Shown here piece by piece: positions 1-9,491 of a DNA stretch of 64,000 nucleotides. The stretch comes from Gammaproteobacteria bacterium (GTDB lineage Bacteria > Pseudomonadota > Gammaproteobacteria > Eutrophobiales > Eutrophobiaceae). A program made the translations under genes and the position numbers. Where the stretch lies: NCBI GenBank assembly GCA_965116495.1, contig OZ220696.1, forward strand, positions 1,024,001 through 1,088,000, given 5' to 3'. Each line of letters opens with the position of its first letter. The stretch's first letter is position 1. The notes below the pieces were generated by a model. The model was not told where the DNA came from. It worked only from the letters and a program-made list of their open reading frames with translations, and did no database searches.

Positions 1-114
1 AAACATTGCAAACTAACTTTATCGTCGTAGTTTATCTAACTGCGGCAGCTTCATATATGGCTTACTCTGCAAGAATTGTATCAGTTCGGACTACCACAAA
101 GTATATTTCATATA

Positions 115-286
115 CAGGGTCATCTTAAAGTCATTACCCGCTTTCAAATCTCCCACCCGTCATTCCTGCACAAGCAGGAATCCAGTCAAACAATCATTCA
201 TTGTTTATGAAAGATTACGTTTTCATTGGATTCCGGATCAAGCCCGGAATGACAGCGGGGCGTATACCGACTTTGAGATTGCCCTG
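115..286. mobile_element. MITE-like element: imperfect terminal inverted repeats enclosing a GTCATTCC...GGAATGAC REP-like hairpin pair
   Basis: CAGGGTCATCTTAAAGTC (115-132) vs GACTTTGAGATTGCCCTG (269-286); inner GTCATTCCTGCACAAGCAGGAATCCA from 159 and TGGATTCCGGATCAAGCCCGGAATGAC to 253. Confidence 0.55.
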
Positions 287-335
287 ATTTCATGTGATAG
301 TGCTTATTTCCTTCTGCTGCATGTTTGCCAGCTAA

Positions 336-443
336 CTATCCGCTGACTTTCCTGAACCTGGCCGCAGACAGGGCTGCTATTAATCCCGTCCCTCCGGAAC
401 CGGCGACGATGACGTCCACTGTGTTTCGAGTATTACTCGTCAT
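336..443 (-). pseudogene. N-terminal remnant (35 aa) of an FAD-dependent oxidoreductase
   Basis: Hand translation MTSNTRNTVDVIVAGSGGTGLIAALSAARFRKVSG*; GxGxxG Rossmann motif; AGAAGG RBS; directly follows the MFS gene. Confidence 0.65.
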
Positions 444-468
444 CCTTCTGCCGGAGGTTCCAAGTCTC

Positions 469-1692
469 TTATCCGCTTTGTGCTGACCGAGGAGTTAAAT
501 CGTCAGCAGACTTGCCTCGCACTGCTATCAAATAGGCAACTACTGCTATAACTGAAGATATCGCCAGGATGGTGGCAAGTGACCGGGAAGTCCCCTCACT
601 GAACGCACCTTCAGCAACGGCGGTCAATGATGCCAGTGCAGATGTAATGGTCAGTAACATAGCCGCAGAAGCGCCCGTTGGCGCTCCGGAGGTACTCATG
701 GCAAGAGGGGGAATTGTCGCGAGTACAGGACCATGGCCAAACGCCATTACCGCCAGGGGAATTCCCAGGGTTACCAATGATTCAACTTCCAATAGAACAA
801 CCAATGACAATAACACTGCTCCCAGGACGACAATACCGATACCTAAAGATAACAGCCGGCTGACTGAGACCATGTTGGCCATACGGTTTGCGGCAATACT
901 GCCAAAGATAAAAGCAACCATTGTTGCGCCCTGAAAATATCCGAAAACAGCCGCATCCTGTTCCAACTGTTGCACCAGGACAAATGGTACTACCGTAGCG
1001 AAAACCACAAGGAAAGCTATCGTAGTACTCATGATGACTGCGAAACTCAAAAATCTCTGGTTGCGTATTAAACTCCAGTAATCCGCTGCTATCTTTCTGA
1101 TGGAGACAACCTGGGTATTCGCACTACGGGATTCATCCAGGAATTTCCAGAGCAGGACAGTCACACTGCCGGCTATGACTGTCAGTAAAATAAAGTTTGC
1201 CTGCCAGCCAAACCACAAAAAAATATATGCCCCGAGAATTGGCGTAAATATCGGGGGAATTGCATTGGCGGCACGATAGATCGAGAATGCACGTACCTGG
1301 CCCTTCTGATCGAAGCAATCCCGGATTATGGACAGTACCAGCACCCCCTCCGCCCCGGCCGCGGCGCCCTGGATCATGCGGGCAATGATCAAATACTCGA
1401 TAGACGTTGCAACAGTGCATAAAAAGCTGCATAACGTAAAAACGGCCATCGCTCCCACGAGTACGGGCCGCCTGCCGTAGCGCTCCGATAAGGGACCAAA
1501 AATCAGTAGCAACCCACCATAGGCCATCATCCAGAGACTCATGGTGAGTTTTACCAATTCATTTGTAGTCCCGAAATACTCAGGTAAATAAGGCAGGCTG
1601 GGCGCATATAAATCCGTAGACATGGTCATCAAGGTGGATGTCAATATCAAGAGGACCAGGATTAAATTTTTCCGGATGTCTGAATCCGTCAT
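469..1692 (-). CDS. MFS transporter, Bcr/CflA (DHA1) drug-efflux family
   Basis: DLYAPSLP motif D1, GPLSERYGRRPV motif A, about 12 hydrophobic segments. Confidence 0.9.
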   Translation of the reverse strand: MTDSDIRKNLILVLLILTSTLMTMSTDLYAPSLPYLPEYFGTTNELVKLTMSLWMMAYGGLLLIFGPLSERYGRRPVLVGAMAVFTLCSFLCTVATSIEYLIIARMIQGAAAGAEGVLVLSIIRDCFDQKGQVRAFSIYRAANAIPPIFTPILGAYIFLWFGWQANFILLTVIAGSVTVLLWKFLDESRSANTQVVSIRKIAADYWSLIRNQRFLSFAVIMSTTIAFLVVFATVVPFVLVQQLEQDAAVFGYFQGATMVAFIFGSIAANRMANMVSVSRLLSLGIGIVVLGAVLLSLVVLLEVESLVTLGIPLAVMAFGHGPVLATIPPLAMSTSGAPTGASAAMLLTITSALASLTAVAEGAFSEGTSRSLATILAISSVIAVVAYLIAVRGKSADDLTPRSAQSG

Positions 1693-1699
1693 ATCTTCA

Positions 1700-3142
1700 C
1701 TATTGCCTCGCTGGAGATCGCGTTTGTTTTGCCGGCAGAGCGCCTTCAGGAACCGGCCGGATTTTCTGGATATCAGGTGTCAATTGATAAAATAATGCTG
1801 CAATTGACAGGACGGTTTGATCTGCGCCCATCCGTCCTGTGAACTGAATCCCGACCGGCATGCCTTGATTATCAAACCCGGCCCTGACCGCGCATGCGGG
1901 TAATCCGGTGAGATTCTGTAATGCGGTGTAGCCCAGCACTATCCGGCGCAAGTCATACTGGTCTTGCGTTTCCGCTGCAGGTGGAAATAAAGATTCAATC
2001 CTGGGGGGAGTGGATGCGGCACACAGAGATACTATGACATCAACTTCACATAAAACCTTTTCCAGTTTCCTGGTAAGTGTCCTGCGCTGTTCGGACGCTT
2101 CAAGGTAGTCATCCAGTGAGATTTCCCGTGCGAGGTCAATCCGTTTACGAATGTCCGCCCCATATTCTTTATAGCGCCCCGGGTAAAGTTGCGCTTGCCG
2201 ATGGGTATGCAGGGACTCCGCCAGCATGATTGTTGTAAAAACACCCGGGATGTCCGGTATCTGCATGTCATCAAACGAAATACCGGTTGCCCCCGCTTCC
2301 TGTAATATTCCGCAGGCACTGTCGAATACAGTAGCAATATCCGTATCCGGAGCGGGTTGATGCAGGCAACCAGCGATACCTATACGTACATTCGCCAGGG
2401 ATTTAAAAACCAGTTCAGAGTTGTCTTCCCAATCACGCCGGTTCGCCGACTGCATCACCTTTAATAATAATCGGAGGTCCCACGGGTCACGGGCAATGGC
2501 CCCGACATGATCCAGGCTTGCAGCCAATGGGAATATGCCTTTACTGCTGACGCTGCGGTAAGTTGGTTTAACCCCGGCCGTACCGCAGAAAGTACATGGT
2601 ACCCTTATCGACCCGCCGGTATCGGTACCGATAGCAAGTGGCGCCATCCCGCTCGCCACGCTGACGGCGCTTCCACCGCTGGAACCGCCAGGAATTCTGT
2701 CCCGGTTCCAGGGATTATGTGTGGGGCCATAATGAGGGTTGTCGTTAGTGAAGCCCCAGGCGAACTCATGGGTTGCAGTTTTACCTATCACTATGGCGCC
2801 GGCCCGTTCAAGGTTCGTAACAACTGCTGCATCCGACGTCGGTATGTTGTTCAAAAACATTGAAGAACCGTAGCTGGTCCGTATTCCCCGGGTGTCGATA
2901 AGATCCTTGACAGCTACCGGTATGCCCAGCAAGGGGCGCTCATCCCCCCGTTCCATGGCAACTTTGCTTTCCTGTGCCTTTTGTTCGGCAGCATCCAGGT
3001 TAAGCGTGCAAAAGGCATTGAGGTCCGGATTAAGGAGTTCAATTCGCTCCTTTAATTCAGCAATCACATCGGCGGGAGAAAACCGGCGTTCACGATAACC
3101 GCTCATCAATTCGGTGGCTGATAATTCAAATAACTCCGGCAT
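1700..3142 (-). CDS. Amidase-signature family amidase
   Basis: VKDLID, GGSSGGSA, GTDTGGSIRVP catalytic motifs. Confidence 0.92.
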   Translation of the reverse strand: MPELFELSATELMSGYRERRFSPADVIAELKERIELLNPDLNAFCTLNLDAAEQKAQESKVAMERGDERPLLGIPVAVKDLIDTRGIRTSYGSSMFLNNIPTSDAAVVTNLERAGAIVIGKTATHEFAWGFTNDNPHYGPTHNPWNRDRIPGGSSGGSAVSVASGMAPLAIGTDTGGSIRVPCTFCGTAGVKPTYRSVSSKGIFPLAASLDHVGAIARDPWDLRLLLKVMQSANRRDWEDNSELVFKSLANVRIGIAGCLHQPAPDTDIATVFDSACGILQEAGATGISFDDMQIPDIPGVFTTIMLAESLHTHRQAQLYPGRYKEYGADIRKRIDLAREISLDDYLEASEQRRTLTRKLEKVLCEVDVIVSLCAASTPPRIESLFPPAAETQDQYDLRRIVLGYTALQNLTGLPACAVRAGFDNQGMPVGIQFTGRMGADQTVLSIAALFYQLTPDIQKIRPVPEGALPAKQTRSPARQ

Positions 3143-3165
3143 GACTGATCCCGCTGAACTGATGA

Positions 3166-4578
3166 CTACCTATCTTCAACACCTTTAGGCGCAAAAGAAG
3201 CCAGCGCCTGCGTAACAAACCCGGGCTTTCTATCCCGTGTGTCAGCCCGGTCTTTCATTCCCACTGCAGTACGCACCAGGTGACCGCCTGCATAACGCAA
3301 AGGCTCTATCGGCAAATCGCGTCTTGGCTGTTCCCTGACGATCGGTAAAGACGACCATTCGTTTTTCTGGCTCAGGACCAGACTGGCCAGAATCCGGCCA
3401 CCGATATGGCTTGGCCCAACCCCGTTTCCGCTCCAACCTATGCCATATAAAATCTGTTCATGACCGGGTAGAGAGCCGAGCATCGGTAATCCGTCCGACG
3501 AGCGATCCACCGGTCCTGACCAGGTATATTCAATCTCGACACCCTTGAAGCAGGGGTAGAGTTCTTCAAAGTTCTGTTGCACTATCCTTGCACGCTTCGG
3601 ACTGTAAAACAGCTTGTCGCTGATGCGTCCGCCATAGCCTGAGGCCAGGCCGCCTTTGCCGGCCAGCAACCGGCCGCCAGCGGTAGTGCGAACATAATTG
3701 ACCATTTGCTGCGAGTCGTTTACCCCGGCGCGATTCAACCAGTTCAACTCCTTCAATCTATCCGGTACCGGCCGGCTGGCAATGATGTCACTGGATACGA
3801 CCACGATGGATCGGGACAGTTCAGGAATTGCTGCAGCCCAGGCATTGGTTGCCAGGACCACCTTGTCTGCTGTAACAACGCCATTCGCCGTATAAAGCCG
3901 CACCGGTTTTTGCCGTGTGAATCGTTTCACTCCGCTATGTTCATATATCGCGACGCCACGACGCAATGCCGCTTCACGCATACCCCGCACCAGCTTGCCC
4001 GGGTGCAGCATGGCAGCAGTTTTGTCCAGTATGGCGGAAATAAACGTGTCCGTGCCGGAGAACTGCGCCGCGAGTTCACGATCCAGTTCCTGAAAATTAC
4101 CCACACCCAGTTGCCGGCATGCCTCTACTGCGCTGCTCCAGCTACAAGCATGGGTTTCCGATACGCCGCCCCAGACCCAGCCACTCCTGGTGATCCCGGC
4201 ATCAATATTTTCCTTTCTGCAAAAGACTTCCAACTCATCGATGACCGCTTCCGATTTTAGAAGCAGATCCCTTGCGATTTCATCGCCCCATAAATTTCTC
4301 AGCGATGGCGCCTTGGTCCACCATGATAAGACGTAGCCTCCATTACGGCCTGAGGCGCCACTGCCACAGATATCCTGCTCCAATATGATGACGTCTATAG
4401 CCGGATCGCGCTGTTTGAGTTCCAATGCCGTCCATAATCCAACATAGCCGCCACCGATAATGACAACATCAGCACGCCGCTCGCCTTCCAACGGTGGACA
4501 ATACGATGATTCACATGTCAGTGACTGCTCTAGCCAGAGTGACTGATGCCGCTTGGATGCCAGACTGATTTCAGTCAT
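3166..4578 (-). CDS. FAD-dependent amine oxidoreductase (DAO family, PuuB/OrdL-like)
   Basis: DVVIIGGGYVGLWTA, GASGRNGG, VLATNAW, GWSGNGVG motifs. Confidence 0.85.
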   Translation of the reverse strand: MTEISLASKRHQSLWLEQSLTCESSYCPPLEGERRADVVIIGGGYVGLWTALELKQRDPAIDVIILEQDICGSGASGRNGGYVLSWWTKAPSLRNLWGDEIARDLLLKSEAVIDELEVFCRKENIDAGITRSGWVWGGVSETHACSWSSAVEACRQLGVGNFQELDRELAAQFSGTDTFISAILDKTAAMLHPGKLVRGMREAALRRGVAIYEHSGVKRFTRQKPVRLYTANGVVTADKVVLATNAWAAAIPELSRSIVVVSSDIIASRPVPDRLKELNWLNRAGVNDSQQMVNYVRTTAGGRLLAGKGGLASGYGGRISDKLFYSPKRARIVQQNFEELYPCFKGVEIEYTWSGPVDRSSDGLPMLGSLPGHEQILYGIGWSGNGVGPSHIGGRILASLVLSQKNEWSSLPIVREQPRRDLPIEPLRYAGGHLVRTAVGMKDRADTRDRKPGFVTQALASFAPKGVEDR

Positions 4579-4586
4579 CCGTATTG

Positions 4587-6371
4587 TCAGGTTTCGGCAA
4601 CGGCGATTGCTCGCTGTTTAAGTGTGGCATCACTATCGATATTACCTTCGGCATCAACAATCACACCATACACCTGCAGAGCATGATCGACACTGATCCA
4701 ACCTTCGACAACATCCCTGGCCACGCGTTCGGGTTCCCGTTCAAATGGCGAACCATAACCGCCGCCACCGCAGGAAAATCCCAGGACCGATTCTCCGTCA
4801 TTCAATTTCACGTGGTCGAAGGCTCCCAGCGGGGTCAAACTGCCGTCACGTTCCCGCTTGAATTGCCTGGCCTTCGCACCTGCCCCGCCACCACACGCGC
4901 CAAGTGCAGGGTAAGTGTTACCATCACTGGACCAGATACCTTCCATTAAACCGTCTACCGGTCCCCACTCCACTTCACCTGAGGGCGCGCCCCGGCGGCG
5001 CCCGGGTCCCGCAGTATCAGGCACAATGCGGTCAGTAATAATCCTGATGGGATACATCAATTCATCGATCTCCGTGCTGTCTCGCATGACCAGCCCGCCA
5101 TTCCCGACATGGGCAATGGTCAACCACCCATCCGACCAGGGTGTACCCGCTCCGCAGGTCTGTCCAAGCGTAATCATGTTTACATATGCTTCATTATTCC
5201 GGCGCGGATCCTTGCCGGAGATAAAAGCAGCGGTGGCAGGGATGCCGAGACCGCATTCAGCCATACCAATGCCATCTTTCAAATCTGCCAGTGCACGCTG
5301 AACCGCGTTGGTTACCCGGTCTGCGACGCCGGTCGTAGCCGTAGAACAACTGGCCGGATGCCGTGGAATACCTGCAACGCAATTCTCACGGAGCAAAACT
5401 TTAATCCGGCGACAACTACCGGCATTGGCGGGAATACCGGGACCAAGGCTGTTGAATACGCCTACCATGCCACCGGTTATTGCTGTCGCTTCGGTGAGGT
5501 TAAGACCAAATGGCACGCAATCCGGATTTTCCCGTAAATCAACTGTAATAAGCTCTTGATCAGGATCTGATTCTACGATTGCCTTGATCGGAACCCCTGC
5601 CTCCATACCGGGCATCGGGTCGTGTGCGTTGGCGGCTGTTACCTTACCCTTCGGTAATCTCCTGATAGCTGCACGAATGCGATGCTCACTATAGTCCATC
5701 CACTGTCTGGCATGCCGGTCCAGATAATCCCAACCCAGTTCCTCACCCAACATCAATAACTCACGTTCGCCGACCCTGGCCGCACCGATCAGTGCAAGCT
5801 GGTCACCGTACCACTGCTCCGGCGCCCGTATCCTTACTTTGCACATACGAATAATATCTTCACAGTTCCTGTAATCGCGTTGTATCTGAACCGATGGAAA
5901 GATAAGCGCACCTTCATGGTAGACGTCAGTCGCATTGGCAAACAATGTGGAAGGTACGGAATTGCCTATATCGGCGAGGTGTGCCTTCACAACCACGGTG
6001 TAACGATAAACATCGTCCCTGTCGATAATGGGAACCAGCAAAGTATGGTCTCCTGCATGAGAATTACCGTGATAGGGAGAATTATTCAGAAAAGCGTCAC
6101 CCGGACGGATGTCCGGACAATATTCGCGCATTTTCTCAGCCATCAGGTCAGGCCCGATCATTACATGGATTGGCAGGCTTTCCGCGGTAACCAGCAACTC
6201 GTTTTCGGCAGTAACGATGCAACAGGAAAAATCCCGGCCCGTATTGATTACACCGGAGCGAGCTGTACGAAACAACGTATTTGTCATCTTGCGCACGATC
6301 GCTTCCAGCCGCGCCTGGACGATGGCAAGTTGACCCCCATCAATTTTTTCATGGGTTGCATTAACCGGCAT
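4587..6371 (-). CDS. Hydantoinase B / 5-oxoprolinase family subunit
   Basis: RTARSGVI..RDFSC, NSPYHGNSHAGD, HLADIG, GGGGYG motifs. Confidence 0.9.
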   Translation of the reverse strand: MPVNATHEKIDGGQLAIVQARLEAIVRKMTNTLFRTARSGVINTGRDFSCCIVTAENELLVTAESLPIHVMIGPDLMAEKMREYCPDIRPGDAFLNNSPYHGNSHAGDHTLLVPIIDRDDVYRYTVVVKAHLADIGNSVPSTLFANATDVYHEGALIFPSVQIQRDYRNCEDIIRMCKVRIRAPEQWYGDQLALIGAARVGERELLMLGEELGWDYLDRHARQWMDYSEHRIRAAIRRLPKGKVTAANAHDPMPGMEAGVPIKAIVESDPDQELITVDLRENPDCVPFGLNLTEATAITGGMVGVFNSLGPGIPANAGSCRRIKVLLRENCVAGIPRHPASCSTATTGVADRVTNAVQRALADLKDGIGMAECGLGIPATAAFISGKDPRRNNEAYVNMITLGQTCGAGTPWSDGWLTIAHVGNGGLVMRDSTEIDELMYPIRIITDRIVPDTAGPGRRRGAPSGEVEWGPVDGLMEGIWSSDGNTYPALGACGGGAGAKARQFKRERDGSLTPLGAFDHVKLNDGESVLGFSCGGGGYGSPFEREPERVARDVVEGWISVDHALQVYGVIVDAEGNIDSDATLKQRAIAVAET

Positions 6372-8473
6372 TATTTTTCCCCACTCATATTGTTTTGAAT
6401 ATCAACCGTCACCAAAAGTCCGCCATCAGGCAACAATTCTGCAACGGCTCCCGGATCGATGACCACGGAGGTGAAACCGGATTCTATAATTGCGGGACCG
6501 TTGACACTCTCACCTGCAGCCATGCTTTCAATCGGGTGAATTGTGGTTTCGAACCTGCCTTGCGGATTAAACCCAACCATACGGGTGCGTTTGTCCCCTT
6601 TCACAGATGCCATGTGCGGTTGTGAAGCCTGACGCTCGTCATGTAAGCGGCAGCTTACCCGGGCATTCCAATTCAGCATCTCGATCTCCGCGTCAGGGTC
6701 ATTTACGGCAAATATCGTCTGATGCTCCTTGTGAAAGAGTTCAATCAAGCGGTCTACGTCACCTTTGTCCTTGAAGGGAGCGGCGGGCAACTCTATTTCA
6801 ATTTCCCATATCTGCCTGGCATAACGCGCTTCAACACTGTATTTAACCGTTGTTGAACTGGAATTTACGCCGGGGCCTCCACTGAACTCCATGCACTTCT
6901 TTTCAAGTGATTCGAGACAGGCGTTGACTGCTTCATAATTAAAGTCGGCACTGGTTGTCACCGCTGGCCCGGTATAATTGGCCGATAAATCAGCCAGCAG
7001 CGCACCGGCTGCGCTCAATACTGCTCCAGTATGTGGAAACAGTAGCTGCTTTGTCCCTAGACGCTCTGCAATCTTAACGCTGTTCAACCCGGCTGCACCC
7101 CCTCCCGCGACCAGGACGGCAGCAGCAGGATCAACACCATGATTTACAGTCACATCTTCGATCGCATGCACCATTTTTTCCGTGGCCAGTTCGACAATAG
7201 CACAGGCTGCAGTTTCTACGTCCACCCCAAGATGCTTTGCCACGTCACGTTCAATCGCCTCACGAGACGCATCCGCATCAAGCTTCATTCGACCACCCAG
7301 AAAATAATCAGGATCGATATACCCCAGATATATACAGGCATCGGTCACGGTCGGCCGGCTGCCACCCAGTCCGTAACAGGCCGGGCCGGGGTCGGCGCCG
7401 GCGCTTTCCGGCCCGATACGAAGCAGGCCTCCATCGTCCACCCAGGCAATGCTACCGCCGCCGGCGCCGATACTGGTGATATCAATCGAAGGAAACCCGG
7501 TCATGTGCCCGTAAATCCGATCACCCAGCCAGGTTTCACGGGTACGGGGGATATGCCCCTCCCGCACCAGGCTTACGTCATAACTGGTGCCGCCGGTGTC
7601 AGCCACAATGGCGGTAGATGAACCGGCATGTTCGCGGGCGAAATGCAATCCGGCTACCGGCGCCATGGAAGGTCCGGAATTGATTGCCAGGATAGGCGCC
7701 GTGGCAACGGCATCGGCATCAAGTACACCACCGTTGGAAGTAACCATCAATAAGCGCCCGTTAAATCCGGCCTTGTTCAGCTCTTCTTCCAGACGGGAGA
7801 GATAATCACCCATCAAGGGTTTTAAAGAAGCATCTATGGATGCGGCAGATGCACGGCGATACTCACGTAAAATAGGTGCCAGCCGGTGTGATAAAGTGAC
7901 AGGAATACCGGGCAGATGCTCGGCCAGTAATTCGCCGACACGCTCTTCATGAGAGTGATTAATCGGCGACCAGAGCAAACAAACCGATACTGCCTCGATC
8001 TTTTTGTCAGCCAAATCGTGTGCAATTTCTATCACTCTTGCCTCATCCAGCTCTTTTACTATACCGCCATCGGCTCCGATGCGTTCGGGTACCTCCCATG
8101 TCAGGGCACGCGGCACATAGGGTGAAGGAAATTCGCGGGTGAAATTAAACGGGTCAGTTCTTCCACCTTCGCGATACAGCAAAATATCAGGATGACCTTC
8201 AGTAGTCAGGAAACCGGTGCGTGCAGTCTTGTGACTCAATACCGCATTGAGCGCACGGGTGGTTCCGTGCAGCAGGCTGTTGCTGTCTCCAAGAAAATCA
8301 GAAAGTGTCCGGCCTTGTCCCTCAGCCCCCAGTTCTAATACGTTCAGGACACCCACTATCGGGTCGGCCGGTGTTGTCGGGCTCTTGTAAAATGACAGCT
8401 GTCCTTCTGGGTTTTCGACGATCAAATCGGTAAATGTACCGCCGGTATCAATAGCAAGCCGCATTCCATTCAT
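6371..8473 (-). CDS. Hydantoinase A / 5-oxoprolinase family ATP-dependent subunit
   Basis: IDTGGTFTD, DTGGTSYDV, GAGGGSI, GPESAGADPGPACY motifs; stop overlaps the start of subunit B. Confidence 0.92.
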   Translation of the reverse strand: MNGMRLAIDTGGTFTDLIVENPEGQLSFYKSPTTPADPIVGVLNVLELGAEGQGRTLSDFLGDSNSLLHGTTRALNAVLSHKTARTGFLTTEGHPDILLYREGGRTDPFNFTREFPSPYVPRALTWEVPERIGADGGIVKELDEARVIEIAHDLADKKIEAVSVCLLWSPINHSHEERVGELLAEHLPGIPVTLSHRLAPILREYRRASAASIDASLKPLMGDYLSRLEEELNKAGFNGRLLMVTSNGGVLDADAVATAPILAINSGPSMAPVAGLHFAREHAGSSTAIVADTGGTSYDVSLVREGHIPRTRETWLGDRIYGHMTGFPSIDITSIGAGGGSIAWVDDGGLLRIGPESAGADPGPACYGLGGSRPTVTDACIYLGYIDPDYFLGGRMKLDADASREAIERDVAKHLGVDVETAACAIVELATEKMVHAIEDVTVNHGVDPAAAVLVAGGGAAGLNSVKIAERLGTKQLLFPHTGAVLSAAGALLADLSANYTGPAVTTSADFNYEAVNACLESLEKKCMEFSGGPGVNSSSTTVKYSVEARYARQIWEIEIELPAAPFKDKGDVDRLIELFHKEHQTIFAVNDPDAEIEMLNWNARVSCRLHDERQASQPHMASVKGDKRTRMVGFNPQGRFETTIHPIESMAAGESVNGPAIIESGFTSVVIDPGAVAELLPDGGLLVTVDIQNNMSGEK

Positions 8474-8484
8474 CAGGCAATGTG

Positions 8485-9297
8485 CTATTCGTCAGTGCCG
8501 CTTTTGCGGATCACATCCGGTAAACTTGGGTATCCACCTTCAATGGTCAGTATCAAACCCTGTACGAACCGCGCCGCCTCCGAAGCGAGGAACACGACAC
8601 TTGGGGCAATGTCTTCCGGTATGGCAAGCCTACCGGCCGGCGTTGCGGCAATTGCCGCATCGACCACATCCGCATCTTCTCGGAGATGCTCATTCATAGG
8701 GGTTGCCGTCCAACCGGGAGAAACCGCGTTCACACAGATATCATGTGGCGCCAGTTCAACCGCCATCACCTGCATCAAGGAATCAAGCGCACCCTTGGAC
8801 GCAGCATAGGCGCTTGTATTTGCAAAACCGACCCGCGCCGTGGTTGAGGTCACAAAGATAATTGATGAGCCGGGTTTAAGGTGTGGCAAGGCAGCCTTAC
8901 TTAACAGGAACGGTGTACGCAGGTTGACATCCAGTTGCCTGTCAAAATCCTCCAGGGTTGTTTCTTTAAATGTGGCCGGAATAAAAATTCCCGCGCAAAG
9001 AACCAGAACATCGATACCACCAAATGAGTTCAGTGTAGAATCGATCACATGGTTAACTCCCTCCGGATGGGTTAACTCCGATTCAATGGCTTCCGCCTTG
9101 CCCCCGTTTGAATTGATTTCGTCGACTGTTTTCCGCAGGCGTTGCTGATTACGTCCTACGGCGGCAACACCGGCGCCGGCATTTGCCAACGCTGCTGCAA
9201 TGGCAGCACCGATTCCTGAGCTGGCTCCCGTAACAATGGCCACACGCCCCGTCAGGTCAAAATTCAAATTTGTCATACCCTCTTCCCGGTCAGTCAT
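8485..9297 (-). CDS. SDR family NAD(P)-dependent oxidoreductase
   Basis: TGASSGIG, YAASK, VNAVSPG motifs. Confidence 0.92.
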   Translation of the reverse strand: MTDREEGMTNLNFDLTGRVAIVTGASSGIGAAIAAALANAGAGVAAVGRNQQRLRKTVDEINSNGGKAEAIESELTHPEGVNHVIDSTLNSFGGIDVLVLCAGIFIPATFKETTLEDFDRQLDVNLRTPFLLSKAALPHLKPGSSIIFVTSTTARVGFANTSAYAASKGALDSLMQVMAVELAPHDICVNAVSPGWTATPMNEHLREDADVVDAAIAATPAGRLAIPEDIAPSVVFLASEAARFVQGLILTIEGGYPSLPDVIRKSGTDE

Positions 9298-9491
9298 TCC
9301 TCTCCTCCTGCTGATAATTCAACGCCCTGTCTTTTCAGGGTTAAGTCAGAGGTTCCTGCGATACAGGGATGTATCGCCAAATTCCTGGTGAAATATCAAT
9401 AGCTATTGCCCGGATATTAGATGGCAGATCCCGTGGCAGACAATGGCTAAACCGGTGGCATGATTATCATTTTCGACAAGGAAATTGGCGC

